DNA of 64,000 nucleotides from Paraspadella gotoi (lineage: Eukaryota > Animalia > Chaetognatha), in the NCBI GenBank assembly GCA_051294375.1, contig CM119266.1, positions 15,924,018-15,988,017 of the forward strand, in the 5' to 3' direction. Below the pieces are notes generated by a model, which was not told the DNA's origin, searched no databases, and saw only the letters and a list, made by a program, of their open reading frames with translations. A program made the position numbers and the translations under genes. Shown here in pieces: positions 12,437-25,436 of the stretch; position 1 is the stretch's first letter, and each line of letters begins with the position of its first letter.

Positions 12437-13458
12437 AGAGAAGATAATTGCGATCAGGTTTCAGAGGTAATAGTGGATTAATAGGTCTTGTGCTATTTTT
12501 TATAAATATTAATATTAAAGCCAAGAGAGGCAAACCATTTGTCTATCAAATCCATCTACGGTCCATTTCTTGGATGATATTAACTGTATATCGATTATAA
12601 TTTCTTGGATTTAAATAAATCGGAAAGAAAAAATGGAGTAATTCAATAAAAATTCTTGCAGTGTATTTGTAGTCGGGCATTGATATCGTCTTATTGCCTC
12701 GAGAATAACGCTCATTGAGATTAGGGATAAACTTGTTTGTTAATGTAAGTCCTTCATATCCATTGACATTGTTTTAAGCAATTGATATAAATAGTAACAC
12801 GATCAGAATTAGAGTTTCGATCTCGTCTTTTTTTCGATTCTGTCGCTCGGGATTCGAATTCGCTTCGAGTTCACCCGAGATTCTTATTCCGGTGATTCGG
12901 TCAGAGGCATCCCTTAGCACGAGGCCGCCCTCTCTCGAGAATATCATATGCTCCTCATCTCTCCCTCTTATCCATAAAGTTAATATTAATACATTTTAAT
13001 TATAATTAATAGTTTGTAGAATATATTACAATAAAAATAAAAGGGATGATAGTGTAGCTAAAAATAGAGGGAGAGTTTGAAAGTAATTTCATTCAGATAT
13101 CAAATTAAAATCTTGAAAGGAAATATTTTTTATAATGTGCCAAATTGCCAATCTTTACTGACAGAGCTGGAAAAAAACAATTTAGTGCTGAGCACTAGGC
13201 TGGACCAGACAATTACACAGTTACACAGCTACACAATCCTACACTTTATCCACCAATTTCGCCGCTAGTCTTTTTTTTCATCCGCGTTCACTTGTTTTCA
13301 TGTTTACAACCTCTTTTTTTGCTCGGAATCTTTTTTTTTTCGCTCCGCCTCAACGTCCATGGATTCTGCAGATTGCCTTGCTCCTTCTCCAGTCGTAAAT
13401 ACAAGAGATTATGTGATTTCACCGCGGGAACAAATGGTTACTGAAGGTAGTCCATTTT

Positions 13459-13538
<80 letters not shown>

Positions 13539-13907
13539 GCCCATCCAAGAAAAAGGAGGGGAGACCTCCTGGACAGACAAATAGAGGCCATTGAATTGCG
13601 AAGGGAATGTGAGGATTCCAGACAATAAGGGGATGGGGAGGGGAGAGGGAAAAGAAGAAGAAAGGTGGTCAGAAAAAAGGCAGGGAGGAAGCAATAGAGG
13701 CAGGTTGGAGAAGTAAAGAGCAAGAAAAGGAAAGAAAGAAAGAAAAAAAGGGAATGAGAGGAATCGGGAAAACGCAGAAGGGGGGGGAGGTGATCATTGG
13801 ATTTGGAATCTGCCTCGTTTTTTATTGTCCTGGACTCGAGGATTGAGAGAATATGGATTAAGGAGGAAACAAAGCCATTATTGCGCTTCGGAGAAAAATC
13901 TCTCTCT

Positions 13908-13963
<56 letters not shown>

Positions 13964-14576
13964 TTCGCTTTGTTTGTACGTCTATCTGTCTGTGTCAGTC
14001 TGTCTTTTCTTTTTCTCTATCAGTCCAACTCCCATAAACTTATTTTTGTCAAGATTATTTTCCTATCCTCACATTTTAAATTTTTCTGTCGCAGTTTTTT
14101 TTTTCAAAACTGAATTTTCTTTTGTCGCCGCAGGGGGCGCGCCGATTCCCTTTCACAGCGTCCCACCTCTCGCCAGAGAAGAACGATAACGACGACGACG
14201 ACGATTAAGACGACAGCGCCCTAGCGCGATATTATTGGCCGAACCTTTGAAGCGAATCCTCTTTCTCACAATGGGCAAACCCCACTCGCAGGCCCCAACC
14301 CTCCTCTCGAGTCCATCAACGCTCAAACCCTTTTCAATCGTCTTGACCCACCTCGTCCGCAGCCCCAACCCGCTGCCTCTCGCGACGCGGGGACGCGCAT
14401 CCACGATGGAGGCGATCGGAAGGTGGATCTTTTATGGCCAGTTGCTCCTCGCTGCTCCATAGAATCGCGGCCCATGAACACCATGAAAGAAAATCGGCCC
14501 CTATCGCCCGTGTATGGGGGTGAAAGAGAAGTAGAGATTCCAGAAACAGCGGGTGGGTGGGTTTAATGCGAGTAAG

Positions 14577-14666
<90 letters not shown>

Positions 14667-15347
14667 TAGAAAAACAAGAGAATTATTGGATATAAGTGAA
14701 ATGAAATTAGAGAGATAATTCGGTACGTGCCAAACTAAACAAAAACCTCATTTTTGTTTGTTCCTTTAATCGATCGTTTTTCAGGTTTTCAAAACTGTCA
14801 CTGGAAGTGGAACGGATTCTAGATATTATCTATTCTATTCTAAAGAAATCAATAAAGAGATTTATTTCGAAGAACGTGGAGGATACGTATTACGGAAATT
14901 GCTTGGAAAAACATGACGATTTTCCGATTACTTTTTCCAAAGCAGTATGATAATCGATATATCAAATATATTTCAATACAAAAAAATATAAATCAAATAG
15001 TTTGTTCTTCATATTACTTTCTATGCCGCGAAGAAATGATAATTAAATTTATTTTGCTCCATTCCATTAAATGGTGGAAAAAGTAATCGGAAAATCGTCA
15101 TGTTTTTCCAAGCAATTTCCGTAATACGTATCCTCCACGTTCTTCGAAATAAATCTCTTTATTGATTTCTTTAGAATAGAATAGATAATATCTAGAATCC
15201 GTTCCACTTCCAGTGACAGTTTTGAAAACCTGAAAAACGATCGATTAAAGGAACAAACAAAAATGAGGTTTTTGTTTAGTTTGGCACGTACCGAATTATC
15301 TCTCTAATTTCATTTCACTTATATCCAATAATTCTCTTGTTTTTCTA

Positions 15348-15438
<91 letters not shown>

Positions 15439-16056
15439 CTTACTCGCATTAAACCCACCCACCGCTGTTTTCTGGAATCTCTACTTCTCTTTCACCCCCA
15501 TACACGGGCGATAGGGGCCGATTTTCTTTCATGGTGTTCATGGGCCGCGATTCTATGGAGCAGCGAGGAGCAACTGGCCATAAAAGATCCACCTTCCGAT
15601 CGCCTCCATCGTGGATGCGCGTCCCCCGCGTCGCGAGAGGCAGCGGGTTGGGGCTGCGGACGAGGTGGGTCAAGACGATTGAAAAGGGTTTGAGCGTTGA
15701 TGGACTCGAGAGGAGGGTTGGGGCCTGCGAGTGGGGTTTGCCCATTGTGAGAAAGAGGATTCGCTTCAAAGGTTCGGCCAATAATATCGCGCTCAGGGGC
15801 GCTGTCGTCTTAATCGTCGTCGTCGTCGTTATCGTTTCTTCTCTGGCGAGAGGTGGGACGCTGTGAAAGGGAATCGGCGCGCCCCCTGCGGCGACAAAAG
15901 AAAATTCAGTTTTGAAAAAAAAAAAACTGCGACAGAAAAAATTTAAAATGTGAAGGATAGGAAAATAACCTTGACAAAAATAAGTTTATGGGAGTTGGAC
16001 TGATAGAGAAAAAGAAAAGACAGACTGACACAGACAGATAGACGTACAAACAAAGC

Positions 16057-16109
<53 letters not shown>

Positions 16110-16464
16110 CTCCGAAGCGCAATAATGGCTTTGTTTCCTCCTTAATCCATATTCTCTCAATCCTCGAGTCCAGGACAATAAAAAACGAGGCAGATTCCAA
16201 ATCCAATGATCACCTCTCCCCCCCCCTTCTGCGTTTTCCCGATTCCTCTCATTCCCCTTTTTTTCTTTCTTTCTTTCTTTCCTTTTCTTGCTCTTTACTT
16301 CTCCAACCTGCCTCTATTGCTTCCTCCCTGCCTTTTTTCTGACCACCTTTCTTCTTCTTTTCCCTCTCCCCCCCTTATTGTCTGGAATCCTCACATTCCC
16401 TTCGCAATTCAATGGCCTCTATTTGTCTGTCCAGGAGGTCTCCCCTCCTTTTTCTTGGATGGGC

Positions 16465-16527
<63 letters not shown>

Positions 16528-17561
16528 AAAATGGACTACCTTCAGTAACCATTTGTTCCCGCGGTGAAATCACATAATCTCTTGTATTTACGACTGGAGA
16601 AGGAGCAAGGCAATCTGCAGAATCCATGGACGTTGAGGCGGAGCGAAAAAAAAAAGATTCCGAGCAAAAAAAGAGGTTGTAAACATGAAAACAAGTGAAC
16701 GCGGATGAAAAAAAAGACTAGCGGCGAAATTGGTGGATAAAGTGTAGGAATTGTGTAGCTGTGTAACTGTGTAATTGTCTGGTCCAGCCTAGTGCTCAGA
16801 CACTAAATTGTTTTTTTCCAGCTCTGTCAGTAAAGATTGGCAATTTGGCACATTATAAAAAATATTTCCTTTCAAGACTTATAATTTGATATCTGAATCT
16901 AAATTACTTTCAAACTCTCCCTCTATTTTTAGCTACACTATCATCCCTTTTATTTTTATTGTAATATATTCTACAAACTATTAATTATAATTAAAATGTA
17001 TTAATATTAACTTTATGGATAAGAAAGGAGAGATGAAGAGCTATGATATTCTCGAGAGAGGGCGGCCTCGTGCTAAGGGATGCCTCTGACCGAATCACCG
17101 GAATAAGAATCTCGGGTGAACTCGAAGCGAATTCGAATCCCGAGCGACAGAATCGAAAAAAAGACGAGATCGAAACTCTAATTCTGATCGTGTTACTATT
17201 TATATCAATTGCTTAAAACAATGTCAATGGATATGAAGGACTTACATTAACAAACAAAGTTTTATCCCTAATCTCAATGAGCGTTATTCTCGAGGCAATA
17301 AGACGATATACAATGCCCGACTACAAATACACTGCAAGAATTTTTATTGAATTACTCCATTTTTTCTTTCCGATTTATTTAAATCCAAAGAAATTATAAT
17401 CGATATACAGTTAATATCATCGCAAGAAATGGACCAGTAGATGGATTTGATAGACCAAATGGTTTGCCTCTCTTGGCTTTAATATTAATATTTATAAAAA
17501 ATAGCACAAGACCTATTTAATCCACTATTACCTCTGAAACCTGATCGCAATTATCTTCTCT

Positions 17562-17639
<78 letters not shown>

Positions 17640-18294
17640 AAATCCTCCAGAGGTTTCGACCTTCTCGACCTTCGACCTCCTTGACCGTCGGCCGGCCCCT
17701 TCTACCCCCTCCCCCCCCCCACGCGTCGTCCACCTGGGGATGTTTTGACTCGTGATGGATTAACCTCCACGGGAATCAAAATCTGGGTGAGAAACTCGAG
17801 ACTTACCCGCGACTTCGGCGGAGGGAGATTCACTGGACGAGATAAGAGAAGCGATGGTTGTTGTAGTGATCGTTGTTGTTGTTGTGGGATGGGTCGGAAC
17901 CGAAATTTGGATAAGTTTTTGTTCGACTTAAATTTAAAAGGTCGAAACTTTCAAAAATGTCCCGGAAAATTTGTAACTAATCGAACGCTACTTGAAATTT
18001 AGGATAAAAGATTTCCATAGTATGAAAGCTACAAATTATTTTTCGCCAACTAAAGTCACCTTTTTTTACCTTTCATTTTTCGAACATCAAATAAAATGAA
18101 GAAACTTTTTTTATCTAACGGCTCATAACGAGAAAAGCGGGGAGGGATGGGGGAATAACTTTTCCCCCGAGTTCTTCTCAGGTTTTAGATCAAATTTCTC
18201 GATCATCACCCACATTTTTTCGGGAAAGAAATTCGCGTGAATCTTAACGATGGCGAAGCATATTAGTTGTTACGCTTTAGGGATTTCTTGGTTG

Positions 18295-18408
<114 letters not shown>

Positions 18409-18826
18409 TCTCTCTCTCTCGTGATACCACAGGTGGTTTGGAGATGAAAAAAAAATTAACTCCCGCACGAACTTCTACTCTATAAAACGCGCTTCTGCTT
18501 AAGGTAATAAAAGTAATTTCTCTCGCGCGATGAGTCAATTTAAAAAAAAAAAAACGAAAAGAGTTTCCGTAAAGTCCTACCTGTCTCGCTAAAAATGAGA
18601 GTCAGATCTCGATTCAATTATCGGTCCTGCCAGAGAAATAATTCGATTTTTCACGAACTTTTGTCTTTCGAAGACTTTCATAGTTAAATCAAACAATGAA
18701 AAGTTAAGTGACGTTTAAAGAAAGGCGGCCCACTTATTGTAAATAGAAAGACGGCGCGAGGCCAGGGGGGAAAAAAACTAAGAACAAACATTGTGACAGG
18801 TCAACAAAGTTTTTCGCGATAATAGG

Positions 18827-18864
18827 TATAAAACAGAACCACTTTGCCGTCGCTGCTATCAGAC
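18827..18864 (+). promoter_or_regulatory. Candidate core promoter (TATA box plus Inr-like element) of the CTL-EGF-vWA gene
   Basis: TATAAAA at 18827-18833, TCAGAC about 32 nt downstream, and the ATG at 18881. Confidence 0.5.
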
Positions 18865-18880
18865 AGATTCTATCGCGAAC

Positions 18881-20901
18881 ATGAATTTTCCTGTGCTTGT
18901 CGTCGCCCTCGTCGGGGTTGTCGTCGGGCAAGTCGCAGCCAAATGCCCGCTCAATTATGTGACCGGCCCGAGAAACTTTTGCTTCCGGTTCTACGAGGTT
19001 CGACAGAACTGGGACGAAGCCGCCGCTACATGTCGGCGAGATGGCGGGCATCTGGCCAATCCAAGCACGCAGGAGGTCTATAGTTTTTTGCAACAACGCA
19101 TCGAGAGCAATCCTAACAGGTAATTCGGGTGATTGCGCTTATGATCATCGGTTAAATGTTTCACGATTTTAACAATTTAAGTTTGATAAAAGGATTTAGA
19201 CGCTTTACCTAGAAAACAGGAAAATCATTGAGATCGCGAAAGTTGTTATTGTAATGGTCCAAACTTCAAACCTTGTCATTTGCAGACCTACGATTGCCTA
19301 CAAAAACGCCTTTATCCTCTTTGGACCCAAACACGTGGCTCCAGTATTCACGAAATGGGGCGACGCATTCTGGATCGGCGGAAGGAAGGTGAACGGAGTT
19401 TTTACGTGGACGGATGGTAGCCCCGTCCAGGGCCACTGGATCGAGGGAGAGCCCGACAACGGGAGGGGTTTCCTTGGCATCTCTTTCGCGGGATCGGAAG
19501 ATTGCATGACGCAACTCGATTCCAACAATGGGTGGAACGACGACCACTGCCCTAACAAGTTTGTATTGATTAGACGAAAGAAAAGAGAAAATTACTGCCG
19601 ATTTGGTATATTATATTATAAACGAACCAACAAACATTTAGGATGCGTTTTATTTGTCAACGCGGCGTCGTGAATCCCTGCAATTCGAAGCCGTGTCGGA
19701 ACGGCGGGAAGTGCCATCCCAATGGCGAAGACTTCAGCTGCGAATGCGGCAAAGCTTATTCTGGCAAGACTTGCCAAGTTGCGAACCCGTGCCTGACGAA
19801 GTCCATGAAATGTTATAACCTGGGGAAGTGTCAGTGGGATGGAGTTAAAGCTACCTGCAAATGCGCGCCCGGATTTAAGGTAGAAGTTTCACGAACGATT
19901 TATAAACAAATTTACTCAAAATGAATTAATAAAGTAATAAAGGTAAAAGAAATCTTCAATAATAACAATAATCATGAATTATAAACAAAAGATAATAAAC
20001 ATTTTTAAGAATAAATACGTATTAAAAAGGAAAGAAATAAAGACATAGAAAAAAATAAAGAAATATAAAAAAAATAAAGAAAAAAATAAAGAAAGAAAAA
20101 AAGAAAGAAAGAAAGACACAAACAAAGAAAGAAACAAAGAAATACATTTTTTTTAAGGGTGCCAATTGCGGAACTCGCGCGGATCCTTGCGTCAACGCCC
20201 CTTGCAAGAACGGCGGTGTCTGTTCTTCCCACGGCCTCGCCTTCACCTGCAAGTGCAGCGGCGCCTTCTCCGGCGTCACTTGCGAGAAGAAGTGTCGTCA
20301 CGTGGTCACGAGCTCCGGAGTTCCAGAGAAGCTCGACGCCATGTTCCTGCTAGACGTGAGCTCAAGCGTTACTCCCGCTAATTACGAACGGGCGAAGAAC
20401 TTCATCGGCAAAGTGGTTGAGAAGATGTCCCTCGGCGCCCACAAGGGGAGGGTCGCCTTCGACCAGTTCAACCACAGGTTCCAAGAGCTCATCCACTTCC
20501 GCGATTCCTTCGGCAAAGGAAAGGAGGGGCTCGTCGCTCGAATCCGCCACAGCAAGAAGCAACCCGGCTTCACCCTGACCGGAAGCGCCGTGGAAAAGGC
20601 CGCCAAAGAGTTCCTCCACGAGGCACGGATGTCGGAGAAGGACGTGGCCAAGTCCCTGTTCGTCTTCGTTGACGGACCGACCGACCGCTACGAGTTGGAG
20701 ATGCCCAAGATTAAAAAGTATACGCAAATGCTGCGGGAGAAGGGCGTGGAAATCTTCGTCGTGGGTATCGGGAATGAGGTCAGCGTCGACGAGTTGAACG
20801 CCATCAGTGGCGGCAACGACGACCACGTCTTCATGGCCGACAACTTCGACGCGCTTGATGTCGGATTTCTCGCGAAGATCGTCGAAAAGGAATGCTCGTG
20901 A
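18881..20901 (+). CDS. Secreted C-type lectin - 3x EGF - von Willebrand A domain protein, 497 aa, four exons
   Basis: Exons 18881-19119, 19286-19558, 19642-19879 and 20158-20901 are all GT-AG and total 1494 nt in frame. Signal peptide MNFPVLVVALVGVVVGQVAA; CTL motifs CFRF/WDEAAATC/FWIGG/EPDN/WNDDHC/FICQ; three 6-Cys EGF repeats; vWA with MIDAS DVSSS...T...VDG. No TM segment. Confidence 0.92.
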
Positions 20902-21213
20902 AAAAATATGTGATAAAATATTGCAATATAATTCAATTCAGTAAATCTTATTCTCTACATAGATATTGTTTAATATTATTAATCTGCATGATCATGCTAG
21001 ATCATTGAAACGTTCAGTGAAGTAATTAAAACCTTAAATCGTTTAAATATACTCATTACATTTTTTTTTCAGTTGAGTTAAGCTAAAGATATCATCGCTC
21101 CGCCTCTTGTCGACGCAATCAGCCTTTCTAGTTTTTCCAACCACGAAAACGAAATCATTTTCTGGTCAATTTTCCAGGTCGATGAAGAAAAATCCCTTAG
21201 GAGAGAGAGACAC

Positions 21214-21274
<61 letters not shown>

Positions 21275-21377
21275 AGAGAGAGAGGAGAGAGAGAGAGAAC
21301 GGAAAAATCTTACCGAAAAGGATTCGAGTCCCAATTCACACGTGAAAGTGGCCGTGAGGAATGTGATATCAAAGAGA

Positions 21378-21418
<41 letters not shown>

Positions 21419-22847
21419 TAAAGAGGAAGAGATGAGGAACTTGCGTTGAATCAGATTCAAAGGAATGTTTCAAACATTCGAAGCCCCAAATTTTTATCAA
21501 AGATACTGGAGAAAGTAATTTTTTAAGTATATACTTACACATATACATATATACACCTGAATTTGAATTAATGTTAATCTTCCGACATAGTAATGACGAA
21601 AGGGGTCGCGGGTGGGATCTATTAGTAAAATTAAATAGATTATTAAATAAATGATTATTAAAAAAAAAAATTTTATTTAATGCACCGTCACCTGATTCAA
21701 GGTTAATTTTCGTGGGAAAATTTTCAAATGACTTTTTCCCATCGCATCGATAATTTTTTGATCGCGTGAAAATTCGAGAAATGCTTGGAAAAATACGGTT
21801 ATATGTTAGCTATGTTATCATACCCCTCGCATTTTCATAAACAATCTTTTTTTCCTTCTCGGCCTCAGGTTCGATTTTAAATTTTGACTCTTAACTCGCA
21901 TTGACGTTTAAAAAAAATTTCCTGAAAAAAGTTGAAAGCTTCTTTCGAAGGTAAATAAGGCAGGCACTTGCACCTGCCTCAAAGACTGGCTGGGGGCGAT
22001 GGTGAACAAAGATTCATTCATAAATGAAAAGTGTGATACAAACTTTTGTGCATCAACGCAGAAATATAAATATAAACAAATAAAAACTTCGATTTTTAAA
22101 TCGGGCAATTGTATACATTTGATTATAGAAGATTAACCCTGAAATCGGAAAAGCGTTCAATTAAGGGGAGACAAAGAGAAGGTTATTGTTTTGACATTTC
22201 GAAAAAAGGTCTTTGGTTCGTGGGAGGTTAAAAAAAAATGGGAGGAAGGTTAGTAAAGATCCATCCAAAAGAGACAAATAAAAAAAGGGGGATGCGAAAG
22301 ATTTTGAGTGAAGCTCTGGGTGTCGACGACCGATAATCCGGTAAACGAATAGAGAGTTTCTAGTCTGAAGCTCCGAACGAAAGTTTACCTTTTCTTCTGG
22401 TATTTCCACGTTGAAACCAGGTCCTGGTAATGTTTGTTTAAAGCCGCCGGGGAAGGGGGAAGAAGAGGTGGGAAGAGAGAAACTAGGAGAGTGGAGTTAC
22501 AGTCAGAGCGGAAAAGAAGGTGCGTCAACGAGCCTTTTATTTATTTATTTATTTATCTAATAAATGTGACGGAGGAAATTATAAGTGAGAATCTAATAAA
22601 TGTAATAATCTAAATATAATAAATATAAGTGAAAATCTTATAAATGTGTCGGGGAAATTATAAGTGAGAGCTTGAATATTGAGGCGTGGAAATCGCGTAA
22701 TTGTAAATTACTAATTAAAATTTTTATTTGAGACGCCGTAAATCTTCTTAAAATGATTAAGAGTGAATAATAAAGTTGGCGATGTTCCGAAATAAGATTT
22801 TTTTACCATTCATAACCTGTCGGTAAATGAAAGTTATTTTTGTTGAA

Positions 22848-23730
22848 TCAGTATAATAGTCCGATGCAAACATAGATAATCTCACCTCTTCCAAAAACTT
22901 CTATCTCTTGAAGGCAATTGGTGTCATTATTGTTTATCTCCATTTCAACACTCAACGAGTCTGCCCAGTGACTTTTGGAATCGCTTCCGCAACGAATCAA
23001 GAGTGGGTTCGGGACATATGATATATTTTTTTCGAACCAAGACCCGCAAAGGCGTTTGTTTTTTGTTTTTTCATCGATCTATAAAATTATGAAAAACTAA
23101 TAGCAAGAAAATTATTATACTATATTTCGGTATAGGCGAGATTACCATAAAAACTTTCGACGTAGATGGCTCCCATGCGAATATTTTTACAAAAGCAACT
23201 TGAACGAGTTGAGGAAATACCAGAGTTACAGTAGCATTGCCTGATTCAAAGTAGACTCCGGTTCTTTGATCGCTCCGTCCATCCACCAAGGACGATAAAT
23301 TTGTATTTATTATTTCCGGAGAGGAAAAAATTTCACTCAAATTTCTGGCCATGTTTGTTGAATCTAAATAAAAAAAAAACCTTTTGAAATAATTACGTAA
23401 CTACGAATTAATATTTTGGGAAATTTACCGAAAACAGGAGCGAGAGGTAAACCGACTTCGCATTTTCCTACAAATGATCATTGAAAATTACGCAGAAATT
23501 TACGATGTTTAAGATGTTGCTAGTAATAATATAGATTATATAGAGAGTATTTAATTTTTTTCATGAGAAACGAAAAAAAAAAATAATTACAAACCGTTTG
23601 TCCATTGAGTTGCTAAACATTCGTGCAATGTGCAAGAATAACCGCATGAGATATTGTACATCGTGCCAGAGGCAACGTTGACAAACGTGTTCAACGACAA
23701 AAAAGAAAACAGGAAGACTGTAAACTTCAT
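22848..23730 (-). CDS. Secreted F-type lectin-like paralog with degenerate sugar-binding site
   Basis: Exon 1 23730-23595 (MKFTVFLFSFLSLNTFVNVASGTMYNISCGYSCTLHECLATQWTN), exon 2 23467-23429 (39 nt), exon 3 23363-23146 (STNMARN...SLVDG...VKIF), exon 4 from 23078 (LCGSW...PLLIRCG...LQEIEVFGR). Intron phases 1,1,0 match the neighbouring gene. The 3' end is uncertain (stop at 22848 or donor at 22885) and exons 3-4 lie in noisy sequence. Confidence 0.75.
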
Positions 23731-24269
23731 CTTTGGTTTTTTTACGGCAGAAAAACTGTAAATTAGTTTTAAAGGAATAATACTTTAGGGATATGGAAGA
23801 TTTATCTACCGAGTTCATTAATCTCCATGCCAATATAATACACCCGATAGTACTTCTTGGGTTTCCTATTTTCATCGATCGATTTGATATATTAAGCGAA
23901 ACGAACGAAAAACGAGATGGAAAGAGTTTTCCTCGTTGAAAAGTGTGCAATACTGTGCAGACTCCAGTAGGAAAATAGCTAATATAATATTTATAGGCTT
24001 GCTTAGATATGGTTTTTTTTTTTTTTTTTTTTTGGCTTTTTAAGACCAAGAAAGAAAAAATTATTCTTTTTCTTTTAATGAAATTTCAAATCAGGCATAC
24101 TTAAAATTCTTTGCGAAGAGGGTTTCGAAAAAGGCTCGATCGCTTTAATATCTCAATACATTTTTCATACTTAATAAACCTTCTATGAGTCGTTCCAAAG
24201 GCTTTCGTTTTTATTACATTGGGCATTCAAAAAATTTAATATTAAAACGCAAAATTCGGATTCCCCGCT

Positions 24270-25436
24270 TCATTCGTCCACAACTCGACCGTAAACCTCG
24301 ACCTCGTGAACGTTGAAAAACAAAGGATCATTTCGTGTGATTCTGATCTTCAAAACCCGCCCCTCCAGCCCCTCGTCGCCGTTGCAGCGCACGTGGATGG
24401 GATCCGTCGTGACGATCGGGATTTCGGGCGCGCCCACATCCCAGATTCCACAGAGATCGGCGTCGTCGATCCCGTCGGCGTCCTCGCCTATCTGATAGAC
24501 GACGAAGACAACAATAATGTGGCGAAGTAATAGTAATGTAATAGTAATAGTAATAGTAATGTCGTAGGAAGAGAAACGTTTCCTCTCACCGTAACTTTGA
24601 AAGGGAAAAGCCGCTCCTGGCAGCAATCGCGACGATTGAAGATCTTCAAGTCTTTCACTTTCACTTTCTGGTTGAACTTCATGAGGAGGAAGGGATGAAG
24701 GTCGAGGCCGGAGTGAAAGAGTGTGTGTGCGTTACCGTCGATTGCCTTGTCCGGTCCGACGGGGTGGTCGCTCAGAAATGACGATGCCTCCACCTGAGCC
24801 GATCTCGCCAGGTTTATGTCGCCTTGAAATAGATCGTGTTTAAAATTTAAAATTGGGAGACGTTTTAATGTTTTCTACGACTATACTAATAAAGTCGTTG
24901 TAGTAAACATAAAAACGTCTCCAAATACTCAATCACAACGAAAAGAAAGGAAATTCATGTCTAAAATGTAAAATTTAAATCGTTCGTAATTGTACATATT
25001 TTATTCGCTGAATATTTTTTTTTTTTTTTTTTTTTTTGAAACGTGGGTTATATCCTCACTTCCTCAGTTGTCAGAGGCGCAGGGCATGGGTCGGAATGTG
25101 CAGACGAAATGATACGATATGAAGATTTACTTTTTTTAATTACCTGAATCTCTGTTTATCCTAAGGAATTGTTTGCAACCATCTGAATAAAAAAAAAGTT
25201 TCATCAGGAAAACCAATTCAAAAATAATATTTAAATGTTCTTACACAATTTGGCTTATAAAGTCATATTTCCGGCCGGCCAAAGCAAAACATACCGATTT
25301 TGTAGAGCGAGTAACAAGATTGGTTGTTGCATGAATAACCACAAAAGGTGTGTTGTAAAACTAGAAGGCCCTCCGTTTGCCCAATAAATAAAAACAAAGA
25401 GGTGATTAAAACGAATTGCAAGGCAAGCCCCGCCAT
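24270..25436 (-). CDS. Secreted F-type lectin (fucolectin/FTP domain) with short N-terminal PAN/apple-like Cys module, 211 aa
   Basis: Exons 25436-25295, 25182-25144, 24822-24590 and 24491-24270 are GT-AG and in frame. Signal peptide; CGYSCNNQSCYSLYKIDGC; NLAR...KAIDGN (Ca site); exact H-x26-R-x-D-x4-R fucose motif (FHSG...NRRDCCQER); C-terminal EVEVYG. Confidence 0.9.
24852..24925. repeat. Intronic imperfect hairpin (about 30-bp stem, about 10-nt loop)
   Basis: ggagacgttttaatgttttctacgact pairs with agtcgttgtagtaaacataaaaacgtctcc, inside intron 2 of the F-type lectin gene. Confidence 0.75.

Noticed and set aside
14940-15074. Missed SMRTbell adapter, or hairpin telomere / linear replicon end, as the palindrome centre
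   Set aside because: The centre is 135 nt of genomic sequence duplicated at 6437-6571, with no adapter or telomere-resolution motif.
17043-17216. 57-aa ORF with a hydrophobic C-terminus (tail-anchored micropeptide)
   Set aside because: No motif, splice or promoter evidence; expected by chance in AT-rich DNA.
23561-24049. 162-aa ORF as a gene
   Set aside because: It begins in a poly-A run and has no recognisable domain. The real coding exon (23730-23595) is in a different frame.
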